From Lingula anatina (taxonomy: Eukaryota > Animalia > Brachiopoda): 64,000 nt of DNA. Positions 50,101 to 62,959 of the stretch are shown here, one piece after another. The first letter of the stretch is position 1; every line of letters begins with the position of its first letter. The position numbers were made by a program, and so were the translations under genes. Under the pieces are notes generated by a model that saw only the letters and a list, made by a program, of their open reading frames with translations, ran no database searches and was not told the DNA's origin. The stretch is from assembly GCA_051362555.1 (NCBI GenBank), contig CM120648.1:39721-103720 (forward strand). The letters are read 5' to 3'.

Positions 50101-53100
50101 TCAAGGCCTCAATTTGTTCATTAAGTGCCTGGCGCATTCTTTCAAGCTGCGACTTCTCGCTGCCAGTCAGGTCTAGCTGGTTCTTGAAACGGTCACGATC
50201 TCGGAATGAATCTTCTTTGTCTCTGCGCCTAAAAAATAAAATTAAGAAAGTGTAACAGTAATGCTGATGACATTGAACCTTTTCAATTTAGCATGTTAAA
50301 TTGTCAGTTTACATACTTTTTATTGTGAAAAAGTGGACACTCTCATTTCTAATTATGATATTGATTTATATTTGATACTGAACCCAGATTAAGTTGGCAG
50401 AGCATCCATTTCACTGGAGACAAGTGTAATCATGTAAAAATAATAGAATACAACTTGACATTACTAGTACACATCACAATCAATAAGAACACTTACGCAT
50501 TATCCAGCTCTTCTCTGTACTCCATCATCTGTCTCTCAATGCGCCTGCGCTCATTCTCTGTATCATCAAGCTGCTTGCGAAGTGCTGCATTCTGGTCCTT
50601 TGATGCGTTAAACTTGGCACGCATTTCCTGCACCTGCAACTGACGTTTGTTCAGCGCTGCCTGCACAGCAGAGAATGTGGAGTCCGCGAAGGCAGGTGAG
50701 CGACTGGGAGAGGCTGAGCGTGTGCGAGTGCGCATGCGTGGTGAGCGTGATGGGGACATTGACCTCGCCAGCTCAGCAGTGCTTGCACCTTCATCCTCCA
50801 GCTTGGACTGGTCAGCATCACTTATCACGGCCTGTGCGATGTCACGCAGAGCTGCATGCAGTGCTTCTGTCTCCTCACGCATGGTCTGTGAGGCCTCCAC
50901 CTCCATAGACTCGCGTTCACGTGCTGCCTCCATGCGCCCTGCATCCACACGGTCCATGTTAGCCTGAAGTGTGCTGATGGACTTGTCTTTCTCAATCAGC
51001 TGGATCTTCAGTTTCTCATTCATCATGGTAAGTTCATTGACCCTGGGGTAAACAAATATCTGGATTAACTCAGGTGTAAAAATAAGATATTAAAATTGAT
51101 CAACACTAACATACTTGAAATTAATTTGATTCTTTCATGCTGCAAATTAAAACTCATAATTACAAAGAAATAAGTAGATCATATTTAACAACTAGACCCA
51201 CTTTTAGATTTTAAATCTATTTCAATTTTTCACAAAAGGATTTGCACATAATGAAAAATTGATGCTCACTTTTCTTTTCAATCTCTTAAACTAAATGTGT
51301 ATGTTTACAGCTAGTGGGGAAATATCACTGAGCACATATCACAGTAAACCAAATGAAAGATGAGTAAAACAGGTTAAGAAGTTGAGAACTTACTTGGAGT
51401 TGAGCTCAGAGGTGTGAATGTCAAACTTGGTCTGCAGTTCCATCACCTCGCGGACCTTGTCGCGTAGTTGGTTCTCTAGGGCGTTACGGTCGCTACGATC
51501 CCTGTCAGCAGATACCTGCAACAAATACAGAGCATTGTTTCAGTTCATGTGCATGACATTCATATATTCATTCATGAAGAGAGCATTCTCAAGTTGGCTT
51601 TACTTTAGCAAAGATAAATGATTAAATAAAAGGGGGGGGGGGGTAGACTTGTTCTTTATTGTGTTAATATGTTCTGTAGTACACCAGGTAGACAATATTT
51701 ACCAGTGTTCAAAATGTGCAGACCTATCATTTAATGGATCATTAACAACAGAACTAGCCATTTACAGTTTAAAACATTGGAAATGTGTAGACCTATCATT
51801 TGACATATCATTAGCAACTGGATTGGTCAATTACAGTTCAACACATTGGAAATTTACACAAATAAATGGTGAAAAACTACCTGAGACTGAGTGTCCATGC
51901 TCCTCAAGTTGGCACTGAGGTTGAGACAGGCAGAATGCATGCTACGGGAAGTACGAGTCAAGTCAGCACGAATGTGAGACAGATCGCGCTCTGTGGCTGA
52001 CTTCATCTCTCCAAACTGACGTCTGAAGGCGACGACAGCCCTCCACAGAGACAGCAGACGGCTGTGCTCAGCACTGAAGTACTCATTAAAGGACTGTTCC
52101 TCGTCTCTCCACTCTGACTCCTTCTGCTCCAATTCTTCTCTGGCACGCTGCCAGTCAGTGGTCAAGCGATGGATGTCCTGGGTCAGCTGCTGATTGGCTG
52201 ATGTGGCCTGGTCAAGCTGCTCACGGAGCATGGAGTTCACATGAGCAAGGCTGGAGCTCCTGTGCATTGAAAATAATTAAACCAACACATTAATTTGGAG
52301 TCTGAAGGAGAAACACTTCTGCAAAATTTCACAGGCTTAGTGAAATTGTGCTGAACAAGACAGCATCTGCAGTAGAAATGTTATAGTACTTTAATATCTT
52401 GTAGCCAAAAATCAAAAATGTTTAACCATTGAGGTCCTAAAGTTGTAAGTCATTAAATCATGTGCCCTGTCTAAAACAATGGCATCATTAGCCATATATT
52501 TAACTATGTATTCAGCTTTCCAGGGTTCCACCTGCTACACATTACCAGTGACACTACTAACGACTCTATTTTCCAATTCTAATAAGCAATGAACTTAATT
52601 GATCTCTTGTATCTATTTTCAAAAGAGAAAATGGAAGGAAATTCAAATCTAATGTGTTTGACCTGTGTTTAACAAGGGCAAAATTGAATGACAGAAAAAA
52701 TTTTTTTTAGACATTCCATATAAAATTATACACACTGCATATGCAGGCATCCACAGACTCATCTGCATCAACATGTGCATGCACGCTCTCGTACACAGTC
52801 AAGCTAACACGCGCACACACGCACCTCTGCTGCTCTTCCTCCAGCTTAATAAGAGCTGTCTCCAGGTCCATGCTGGCATCTTCCTCCGCCATGCGCAGTC
52901 TGGCTTCTGTGGTCTCCAGGCGGCTCTGAAGGACGTCTTGTGTACTCTGCAACTGTAGGATAATACGGAAGTGTAAGAAAAGGAGGACTACAAGTTCTGA
53001 GGATAAGGAATTCTGAGGATTACAATAAAAGAGTTTTGATAATCATAGGTTGTGTCTGAGGATTATGCATTCAAGTAGGGTCCAGACATCTTACTTCCAG

Positions 53101-54575
53101 TTTTTTTTTAAATTTTTTACTATTTTACCCTCATAAATAACATATAAATTTGTATGAACCAATTACTGTAAATTTCAGGTTTTTACTTTTTTTTTTGTGA
53201 AACGATACAGATTTTTATTAAGGGGCTATTTTGTCTTTTGAACTTTTTCTCTAATCTCCTGGTAAGAGTTTGCAACTTGAACCATGATAAAAAAGCAACC
53301 GGTCTCTAATTTCTGATCAATCACTAGAAGCTGAATTCAGATTTAACCATCCAGGTACCAGCATGTATCACTTAATTACTCGACACATTGATTAACTTTC
53401 AGGGGAGATGCATTACACTACTGATACACCAAGATTTTCCTGGGAGGAGAATTACAGGAAATTGATTTCCTAGAAACCTCTTGATCTGCACATGAGAGGA
53501 AAAACACTTTTAATTGCAAATTATTTTATCCTCTTTTTGGAATACTTAACCAAGTTTGCAGTGTATTTAAAAATAATGTGGGGTCACTGTCCTAGTTAGC
53601 TAGAGCATGCACATGTAATTGGCGTAAATTTGAACCTTGTAATTCACAGCACAACATTTGTATATTTTGGATCAGTGAAGCAGCTCTTCTTCTGACAAAG
53701 AAGACCTGAAGAGAATACCAGTGCAGGTGACTCTGGTAAATAAGATGCCCTAGAAGAGGTGATTTTATTAAATAGGATGCCCTAGAAGGATATCAAATTT
53801 GAAGCTTTACTCTGAATCCAGGCTCTGTGTTTAATAAAAATGGGATTTAAATGTCTAGAAGCTAACATTTACTCAAAAGTTTATCAGCTGACAAAGACAT
53901 TTACTTTGTCATATGGCTTCTGACCAAATTATCTGGTCGGTGCCTTTTTGTTTATTATTGTGGTTTATGTATCTTTGGCAGCAGAATAGAAAGGTAAATT
54001 TTAAAACAAAATTTAAGATAATTTCTATGCATCACCGATAAAACACATTCTTTTATTATGTCAAAATACAAAATAATGCGTTACCTCAGGCAGGTAATAA
54101 AAAGATTTGGTATACCTGGAGATCATTGATCACAATCAATCTTCATCATTATGGACAGGTAAAAATAAATCAAAGATGGCAGACTAAATGAACTCATATT
54201 TCTTCAATGACCACCTAGCGCAGCATGAAATCAGTCAATCTATTTAAACCTTGGGCTTAATTGAACTTAATTCTGTTGATTACAAATATGTAATTTCAAG
54301 TCATTACTTGTTTGAGTTATAATTGAAGACTGCATGACTGAGTGCTTTTACGGTTGGTATGATGGATTTAAGGAAGATTAGGATAGGGCATTAGGGTAGG
54401 GAAGTTATCACCATCATTTAGAATTTTGTTGTCAATAAGATCTGCTGCAGTATTTCTTTATTTTTTTGTTTTTTTAAGGGGTGGGTGGGTGGGGTGGTGG
54501 TCATTTTGACTCTGAGAGGGGGAAGGTTAAGGGGGCATTTTGATTTCCGAAAGGTATGACTTATGCCCCAATTTG

Positions 54576-54609
<34 letters not shown>

Positions 54610-55554
54610 AAGCGTTAATTGTGTGAAATGCACATCTGAAATAGTTTCATTTTATTTTTTCTTGGTGCACATAATTCTACAAAATGTGAATTTGCCTATT
54701 CGAGCTTTGGCTGTCATATTTTTTATATGTGACCTAGAAATTGACATTTTACATGAAGGAAGGGTGGTAAGCTTAAAATGCCAGTCTGTTATCAACAATT
54801 ATGAGCTGAAGAAGTTAATAACCTCAAAACATATATATATATACAAGTGAATGGAAATAACTTGAAGTACAATGTAATTTTTTGTGATGAAACAAATAAC
54901 AAAAGTGCAACACACTGTGGCAGTTAAAAAAGTGCACACTGCAAATAACACATTGTCTAAAAAAAATAACAACAAATATCAATGATCAAAAACATCTAAG
55001 CAAAAAAGGTCATATGATTCCCAGAAAAATACATTTTTCATAAAAAGATGTGCTAAACACATTCCATTACTTTGTAAAAAATAAAAGATTGAGGGCCTCG
55101 GAATATCTTCATCGACAAGAGTGACCCATTTGGAACATAAAGCAGTAAAATTCTCCTTCAAAATTTTTTCCAAAAGCTGAGCAAGGCATTTTCTACTTAC
55201 AGATCTTTTTACCTGCTGACTTTCAGATTTGAATTGGGAGTTTTGTGCCTCAAGTTCTCCACACTTCTTCTTATACTGTAGAACCTGGTGTTAGATGACA
55301 ACATGCTAAGCTAAGCTACAGTGACTGCTGGCACATATCAGCTGCTACAGACCAGGTTTTTAAAGTCAAACTGCTTCACTTCTTGAACACATCTCCAGAC
55401 AACTGAGTTAATTTGAAGGGATACCAATGTCTGAGTCCCAGTGGGGTCTATGTGCAGAGGGTAAAAAAATGAACTGATTGACCTCATCTTAGGTTGATTT
55501 ATCAGTGTTCATTGTACGTGAGAAACAGTTTCTCTCTCTCTCTCTGTCACACAC

Positions 55555-55593
<39 letters not shown>

Positions 55594-55630
55594 CAAACTC
55601 TCTCTCTCTCTCTATATATATATATATCTG

Positions 55631-55677
<47 letters not shown>

Positions 55678-58600
55678 CTCTCTCTCTTTCTCAAACACAC
55701 GTGCACACACATACCAAAAAGACAATCCTCTCTCTCTCTCATATACAAACTCTCTCTCTCTATCTGTCACACACACATAAACTCTCTCTCTTTCTCTCTC
55801 TCAAACACACGTGCACACACATACCAAAAAGACAATCTCTCTCTCTCTCCTGTCCCCCTTTCTTCTGCATACAGAGGCCCCACAACACCCAAACTTCTAA
55901 ATTCCTCAAAAGTTAACATGTGCTCCAATCACAAAGCAGTTTCACCCTAAATCTGGCCTGAGCAGCTTGTCTGTACATCTAACCAGCCTGACTAAACTAC
56001 AGTGACACACACATCAAAATACAGACTGCAAATGACATCACTGAAAGGTGCTGAGTGGAATATCCACTGTCAATATGATCTTGTTTGCAATTTCTTTTTT
56101 ATTCAAAGAGAAAATATATCATTTAAATAAATTTGTTTATTCTTTCATTGTGGCTTTTTATCATGTAGCATGATATATCTAATAAAGAAAAAAAAATGAA
56201 AAAAAAAAAAGATGAAAAAATAGGTGCTTTTTTCATTTTCTGAAATTTATTCCAGAGATTTTTCTGATCACAAAACACTAAATAAATTTTAAAACTAAAA
56301 CTACTGGAATTCCAACACATACTTCAGTGAAGTCATTTTCTGAAGGCCAATCAAAAATCAAAACACATCATCTGAGTAATGACACCTGTCAGGTAGTCAG
56401 GGGCTTACCGATCTTAGGTCGGTATTTTGGGTCTCAAGTTCGCCAACCTTTTTCTTGTATTGCAAGACCTATGACAAAATAATCATGCCCGTTAATATAA
56501 TACTTGGTCAACAAGACTTTATGCTGATGGAGATAACTTTCTCTTTACCACTGATACAGGACTAAGGACATCAAATAATGGACTTGCTTGCTGATTTTTT
56601 TTTAAATTTGGTAATTGGGCAAAGTTAATTCATTCTAAATGATCCTATTTCCTGGTAAAAATTTCAAATCAGCAAAGCTAGCCCATTAGCTGCATCAAGT
56701 GGCAAAGAAAAAGAGCATGCTGCCAATTTGTATAGCATGCCATTTTTATTCTTTAACTCTAAACCTAGGTATTAGTGTCATAATGCTGCTACCTGAAGTT
56801 GCATCCATTCTGTCATGCTGCATTATGAAACAATGTATCATTATCATCATGCTGAAATCTAAAACTAATACAATGTTTCAATGCTGCTATGCTTCTTGTC
56901 AAATTTGCAACAATGTATCCCTTGCCATAAAATATTCCTGGCTGACAATGAAACAATGTAGCAGAATTATCATGCTGCTATCTGAAAAAGTACTGATGAT
57001 GCTCCTGAAATTAAAAAAAAAAAAGAATTAAAAAGGTTAGCATGCACTAATGCATGCATTGGTGATTCCCATGCTTTCTTGCCTTATTCCATACCGAGAA
57101 CCGACTGCGATGAAGTTCCAGCTCCTTTTGTTGAAGAATATCTTCCATCTGGCCACATTTCTTTTTGTATTGTAACACCTTATGGAAAATGAGAAATTAG
57201 CCATCACATTTGCACATATCATAAACAGTATGAAATAACATCGTTATGAAGTAAAAATTAAAATCAAATAAGAATAACCAAAGCTAATGTAAAGTTCACA
57301 CAAATATCATTTCAGTATCCACCAATATTAGTTATTCATCAGTGGAAATATTTCTCTCTTAAGTAATTCAAGATACAGTGTCATATATACAGTAATAAGT
57401 CAGTTGTAGAATATTGATTTAATTGGAAATCAATGAGATATGAAAATATAGTAAAATCAGCAATTCATGTTAGTTGCTTTAATTACAAAAATTGACTGCA
57501 AATGTCAGTTAGGGGAATTGCTTTCTTTAGATAATTGCTAAAATGCAATTCATGCAAGGAAATATTTAAAAAAATCCCCCCCTACTACTTACTATAGAAT
57601 TTTTTTCCCGTAGTAGTTGCTTGAGCAAAACAATTACACTTGGTGATCTCTTGCCTTCATAGGGATTAATAGAGGAGTTTGTGAACAATCCGGAGGTTAA
57701 AAGTCAGCCCCAACGTTAACATTTAAATCAAGAGAACTACAAACAGTTTGATAAACAACTGCTGTTAAAGCTTGCATAGCAACATCAAGCTTCTACTGAG
57801 ATAAGAGTTACCAGGGATGTGCGTCTGCGACGTGTGTGTGCGTGCAGCACTATGTATACATTTGATACTTAAAGGACTTCAAAACCGTTACTCTCCCTAT
57901 CTAAATCTGCACTTCATTACATAATGCTAAGTCAACACTGCCCAACACTAACTGTCCACATTCTAATCACTATTCTGACCACTTACTTCCAACAGGTACC
58001 AAAAGACAGAATATCGTCCTCAAAATCCAATTCAAACTGATGAGGGACGCGTCAGGTCTGTCGGCTTTGTGACCTAGTTTAATTTTCAGGCTCAACTGTT
58101 ATGTACTTGTTGTATAAGTGTAAAGTTGACGTTTACCAATCAATTGATTGCTTTCATTGAGACCCTGGGCCTATTCTCTACACAGCGTGGCTAGTAAACA
58201 TCCAAGACAAAAGAACTTTCCTGTATACCTTCAATAGCTTATCCACAGACGAGGGCAAATCCCTGACTTACTTCTATAGCATAGCCTAGTCAAGAGGCTA
58301 TGGGGCCTGCACGGTTGACAGTAATTATAACACAGTTGTATAAACATTTCAAACATTTATTGTGGTTATCAATGAAAATTGTATACAAAAGGTTGGAGAG
58401 AGTAAATTTTTTTTTGTATTACCCATTTATTTTTTATTAGCACAGGGTGATGTTTGAGAGTCAACAAAGGTACCCTAAATCAGACCTGAAAAAGTTGCTG
58501 CTGAATTCACCATTCAAGCACCTGCTTTTATACTTGTCAATGAAGTGGCTTCTAAAGGTCCACAGGTGTGCTTGGAGAGGAGCCTTTCTTGCTCCTTTTT

Positions 58601-61600
58601 TCTGAATCATATTTGTTTGTGATATTTTGAACATGTGCAGGCGTGGGTTTTTTTTTTTAAGCTATTTCTATTTGTGGTATTTAGAATGTGTTGAATATCT
58701 AAGGCATGTTATAAAGAATGCCTGTGTTACAGCCCAGAGAGTATTCCATACTGTTTTTTGCTCTTTTTACATCAGATATTTCAGAATTTTACAATAAATA
58801 AACTATAAATCTAAAAGTCAAAATCTTAAGAAAAATGAAAAAGAAAGTACTTGAATGTTCAACAATGGGGTACTTGAATTGACCATTCATGCATCTAGCC
58901 AGTGAAGCTATTTAATCAGGAGTTAATTTTGTAATTATCACATCTCTCCAAACGTGTTCATAAAACTGTCAAAAGTGCAACAAGAGTTGGGGGGAGAGCG
59001 TCGGTTGAAGAGTAAACAAGACGCTGAGTTTAAAAGCGATAACACTGTTTGCCTATCACCAAGATAGGGTCAATCTACGCGGGCATGCTGGAGAACGATA
59101 TCACCACTTACTGGATATGAGAACTAGCTAATACCAACACAGTGAGATAATCTGTTCAGGGTAAACTCAATTAAATTCAAATGTTGATAAAGTATTATTC
59201 CACTGTTCTGCTGACCATGAGTTGGACTTGCAGAGAGGGCATGGTCACTGATGTATTGACTGGTCAATGTCACACAGCTTGACCACTGATACCATGTGTT
59301 CAGTTGGACATACAGAGAGGGCATGGTCACTGGTCAATGTCACACAGCTTGACCACTGATACCATGTGTTCAGTCCCAAACATCACACAGTGAACATCAC
59401 ACAGTACCATGACTCTTGTCTCCCACACACTAGTATAACAACCAGCTTTTCTATAGTCTACCTAATTCCATATAGAGGCCTGTTAGTCTGTTTATCTGAC
59501 TGCATTCAGCAAGAGTCCCTGCAGAGTTAGTTTGAACTACCTAGCATGATAGTTTCACTGTGAAAGCACCCTGAAAAGTGTATTTAACTCCAGGGTTAAG
59601 TACATATTGGCCATCACTGCCCTGACAAACACTGCCATCAAAGGGATTAAGGGTTGTCTTTTGGTCTCTTAAGTAGGGAACTGCAACGCCTTGACAAATT
59701 AGCCAGATTAATACTGGCATTCTGTCTGATAACAAGGTCTCACCCCAAATGTGTTTTATTAAACTTATGCAATGTTTGTTTCCAACCACAAACACTGATA
59801 ACCTCTGCTTTTTTTTATTGTTTTTAAATTAGAAAAACTTCTTTGTTTTGCATTATAATACTATACTTTTAGCCATTGTATCCTTCCCACTGCTGATTTT
59901 GTTTTCCTAATCATACTTACAATTTGGAATTTGAAAAAATTCATTAAAACACAAATTAATTAATCTGCGAATTGATATCAGTGTTTGTGACCTTGCTGGA
60001 AAAAGGTGAGATAAGCAGGCAGAAAATTTTCAACACTTGGTATAAATATTTGAAATAAAGATGAAACCAAGGGCCTCTAAATCAATGGTAATTTTAAATA
60101 CTGATAGTCATATCAATTAACGGTTTTTACAATCGTCAAAGGATCACAGAAGTGAGCACCTTGTATCATTCCATTTGAAGAGCTCTCATAAAATTCCTAT
60201 GCATCCATATGTCAAAGTGCACATGAAAGCAATCGATAGAGATGACAAGTTCTATCAAATTCCACTGAGTTGCCAGGGTGAACAAAGATGCACGTTTGCA
60301 GTGCTTAGCAAAATAAGAACGTCCTCTATGACAGATATCAAATAATGAAACACACGACAATGATCACAAATACTTCACTTGAGGAAACGTCATCACATTT
60401 GTGAGTAGTGTAAACATTTCAGAAAGTTAACACACAATTTTGGACTAAGAACTTGGACAAGTCCTGATGATACTTACTATGGTCACATATAAAAGAATGG
60501 CAACTGTAATATAGACAAATACATTACTAACCCTTTCTGTATAACTCAGGCAGTGAATATGTATGTTGGTGGCATTTATAAGGTTTCACAGTGACTTGGA
60601 CCACATTTAGCCCTGATTTAAAGGACAATCAACCAATGAATACCATTTCCCACTTCAACAGTGTGCAAACAGCTAGCACCAATACACAAAAGCAAATAGC
60701 AATTTCAACACTGTTTGATTTTCATGAACAGTTGGATTGCAGTTGAAGACAGTTAATGAGTCAGAATATGGGTCACTTGCACTTGATTATTGCATAATTT
60801 ATCAAGAAATAAATTTGAATCAGTTGAAAAAAAAAAACATGCATAATTATAAATACTGGTTTTAAACATTTCTACTGGTCTTTTATTAGAAAGTTTACTT
60901 AAATATGACTTTGTAATTGGCATTCACAAATAAATGAAAAATTTCAGCCATATTGGGTTATTGTGATGGGTTAAAGCTGTTATTTCAACAGTTGTACATA
61001 TTTACTGTGTACTATCACAAGAGAAACAAGAATGATAAGGTATTATGTAGTATAAGCGATGGAAGATTAGTAGGGGGAGGAGATGGAGGAGAGAGAATCA
61101 CCAAGTGTTTCTGCAAAAGGCCATATTTCATTTAGACATATATTCAGATATATCATCCAATCTTGGGGGCACATCAACTGTTAAGAGCACACTGCTGTCC
61201 TCAATCAAACAATTCATCTCAAGGTACTTTTGCAGAGTGATCAAAGGTTGAAACTCAATTTTGCAAAGTCAGTTAACACTGAAGGTAAAGGTAAGTTTAC
61301 CCAAGTACTTTGCAAACTGTATCTAAATCTTCCTGACATTTCAGTGACAACAGTAAACAAATATTTATATATATATATTTCAGTTAAAACAGGGATGAGA
61401 TTCTCAATTAGAGAAAAAGTTGGAAAATATGGCATGGCATCCAGGGGGCTGCCGTGGTCAATGATATTTTAGGCTCCAAAAAAGTCAGAAATCCAATGAT
61501 AGTCATGAAAAATATCATTTCTGTTATAGATACAAAAAAATCCACTTGTCTTCCCATGAGAACATATTGCAGCCAAAAACTAGTTTAGTATCTTTACCTT

Positions 61601-62959
61601 AGCCTGCAGTTTCTGGACCAGTTGAGCCTGTCTTTGCTGGCCATCCTGATAAGCCTGGAGCTTGCGTTTGTAGCTGGCGTGCTCTTCTTCAAGTTTGCGT
61701 CTTAGCTCCACGTTCTGAGTGACCAGGCTCTTTTGGGCAGGATCTTCTGTGCCAAAATCCCCGTTCTGGAGTTTCAGGGACTGCTCCAGCTGAAAGTGTG
61801 AAAGAAATATGACATTTAAAACAATTTTCATATTTGAAATAAAGCAGTCTGATTTCCAAGTGAAGCCACCAGTAAATGAAGTTATAGTAAGGAGTTAATA
61901 GACTCATCAGCTCTAAGCCATTGTCAGTTGAGTTGACAACATGGCACTTTGGCTTTCAAACTATAGCCAACCCAACTGTCCAGTAAACTTACCTCCTTCT
62001 CCATTGGAGCAGGTCTATCTAAGTATCTTCTATAGCTCCAATCAGTCATTTTACTTCACTCAATACAAACACTCCTGTTCCTCTTAGCACTATATCAGTA
62101 ACTTTTAACCTTCTCCTCAACTTTTCTATACTGGGACACCCAATTTTAACAGGTGACACCTTTCCACTGAATGACAATATCTCCCCAGTCAATACTTGAT
62201 GGTTTCTGCATGCAATACATCTACCCTAAAGTAAAACCTCTATTTTTTACAGGTGCCACCCCTGTGTTCTCCCACCTGTTCCCCTGTGCTACCCCTCTCT
62301 GGCCTCTATGCCACTATAGAATTGGACAGGTGTCCAACACTGGTTGGTTCCACCAAAATCAATATCCGCACCAATAAAATCAATAAGTTGTACTCATTTT
62401 CTGTGTCGGCATTTTGTCAATCAATTAAACTCAATTCATAACTAACTGCACATTATTTTCACACTGTGACAAAGGCAGCTGATTTCAGTGCTGATATTGG
62501 TACTATGAAGAATGGGTTCTTGGTACCATCAATAACAACCTAATTATCTTCATGTTTATCATAATGAGGTGAGGACTGTTTGCAATCACACTGTTTAAGA
62601 ATAGATCAAACAACTTATAAGGTTATCAATCCAACTCTGAGTGAGAGAGAATTCAATCTTAAACTATCTGCACAACTAGGTTTGACTGCATGGTCAATAT
62701 AAATGCAAGAATATATGTACTTCTAAAGTGTTGCTTTCAGATAACTGATTAGACTGAGCAAGACAGCCACTATTCACAAAGCCAGTCCTGTTCTATAATT
62801 TTCATCAATGCAGCAGAAATATTGACACCAGTTTTAACAGCATCATAAGTATTCTTCCACCTGGTGACAGGGCTAAAATCATTAATATTGAAACATCTTC
62901 CATACCTCAGTTGAAAGTCTGCTGGTCTCCACATAGCTTCCGTACTTCCAGTCAGTCAT
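32664..62959 (-). CDS. CROCC: Rootletin (ciliary rootlet coiled-coil protein), ~2050 aa; a longer N-terminal isoform may start beyond the window
   Basis: Exons in transcript order: 62959-62906 or 62049-61993; 61789-61598; one or more of 57178-57095/56468-56409/55284-55201; 52952-52825; 52259-51881; 51515-51394; 51042-50497; 50228-49977; 49607-49480; 49240-49077; 48751-48628; 48343-48237; 47821-47500; 47225-47056; 46778-46599; 46311-46115; 45135-44960; 44735-44550; 44209-43965; 43664-43229; 42423-42206; 41280-41160; 40785-40622; 40305-40126; 39135-38995; 38564-38425; 38150-38021; 34032-33662; 33517-33376; 33035-32664. Phases consistent. Rootletin motifs [107 protein letters not shown]. Confidence 0.95.
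34185..37929. mobile_element. Non-autonomous Academ-like DNA transposon with ~800-bp TIRs in a CROCC intron
   Basis: 34185-~34994 is the reverse complement of ~37141-37929 (mirror-image ORFs in the track). Termini TAGTAGGC...GCCTACTA, 3-bp TTT direct repeat at 34182-34184 and 37930-37932, repeated CAAGATGGCCGCC motifs, and an interior with stops in the frames I read. Confidence 0.85.
38687..38776. other. Templated insertion: 71-bp copy of CROCC last-exon sequence flanked by an 11-bp direct repeat
   Basis: 38692-38762 matches 32920-32990 at 70 of 71 positions; TACAACTAGTA at 38676-38686 and 38766-38776. Confidence 0.92.
41265..41447. repeat. 90-bp tandem duplication spanning a CROCC acceptor
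   Basis: GGGACAG(G/A)CAGTCATC|CTGGAGATAATGATAT...AAGAAAAGACAT occurs twice (boundaries 41280 and 41370). Confidence 0.9.
42136..42241. repeat. 55-bp tandem duplication spanning a CROCC donor
   Basis: ACCCAC|CCTTTCTCTCTCAGATCCAGCCAATTG(A/C)TGAACAAA at about 42145 and about 42200. Confidence 0.9.
49328..49471. repeat. 26-27-bp tandem repeat (x5-6) next to a CROCC donor
   Basis: TTA(G/C)GTGTGACAGTGTGTTGATTGTG units. Confidence 0.9.
55201..55284 (-). CDS. CROCC: CROCC homologous alternative exon c ([28 protein letters not shown])
   Basis: CAG acceptor, GTAAGT donor, 84 nt, phase 0-0. Confidence 0.85.
55530..55850. repeat. Compound (CT)/(CA)/(AT) microsatellite with internal duplication
   Basis: Read directly; TCAAACACACGTGCACACACATACCAAAAAGACAATC occurs twice. 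Confidence 0.93.
56409..56468 (-). CDS. CROCC: CROCC homologous alternative exon b ([20 protein letters not shown])
   Basis: TAG acceptor, GTAAGC donor, 60 nt, phase 0-0. Confidence 0.8.
57095..57178 (-). CDS. CROCC: CROCC homologous alternative exon a ([28 protein letters not shown])
   Basis: TTTTCCATAAG acceptor, GTATGG donor, 84 nt, phase 0-0; looks most like the canonical rootletin segment. Confidence 0.85.
59232..59374. repeat. Local duplication in a CROCC intron
   Basis: AGAG(A)GG(G)CATGGTCACTG and CTGGTCAATGTCACACAGCTTGACCACTGATACCATGTGTTCAGT each occur twice. Confidence 0.85.
61993..62049 (-). CDS. CROCC: CROCC candidate alternative first coding exon ([19 protein letters not shown])
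   Basis: AAAATGA start context, GAG|GTAAGT donor, 57 nt, phase 0 into the exon starting at 61789. Confidence 0.65.
62906..62959 (-). CDS. CROCC: CROCC candidate alternative first coding exon ([18 protein letters not shown])
   Basis: AACATGA start context with an in-frame upstream TGA, GAG|GTATGG donor, 54 nt, phase 0. Confidence 0.65.

Noticed and set aside
33731-52958. Ser/Leu-rich plus-strand ORFs overlapping CROCC exons
   Set aside because: Antisense shadows of Glu/Lys/Arg-rich coiled-coil codons.
57593-57705. Open minus-strand frame ending at a GTAAGT donor (possible extra CROCC exon)
   Set aside because: No ATG or convincing acceptor in the right phase, and no rootletin-like sequence.
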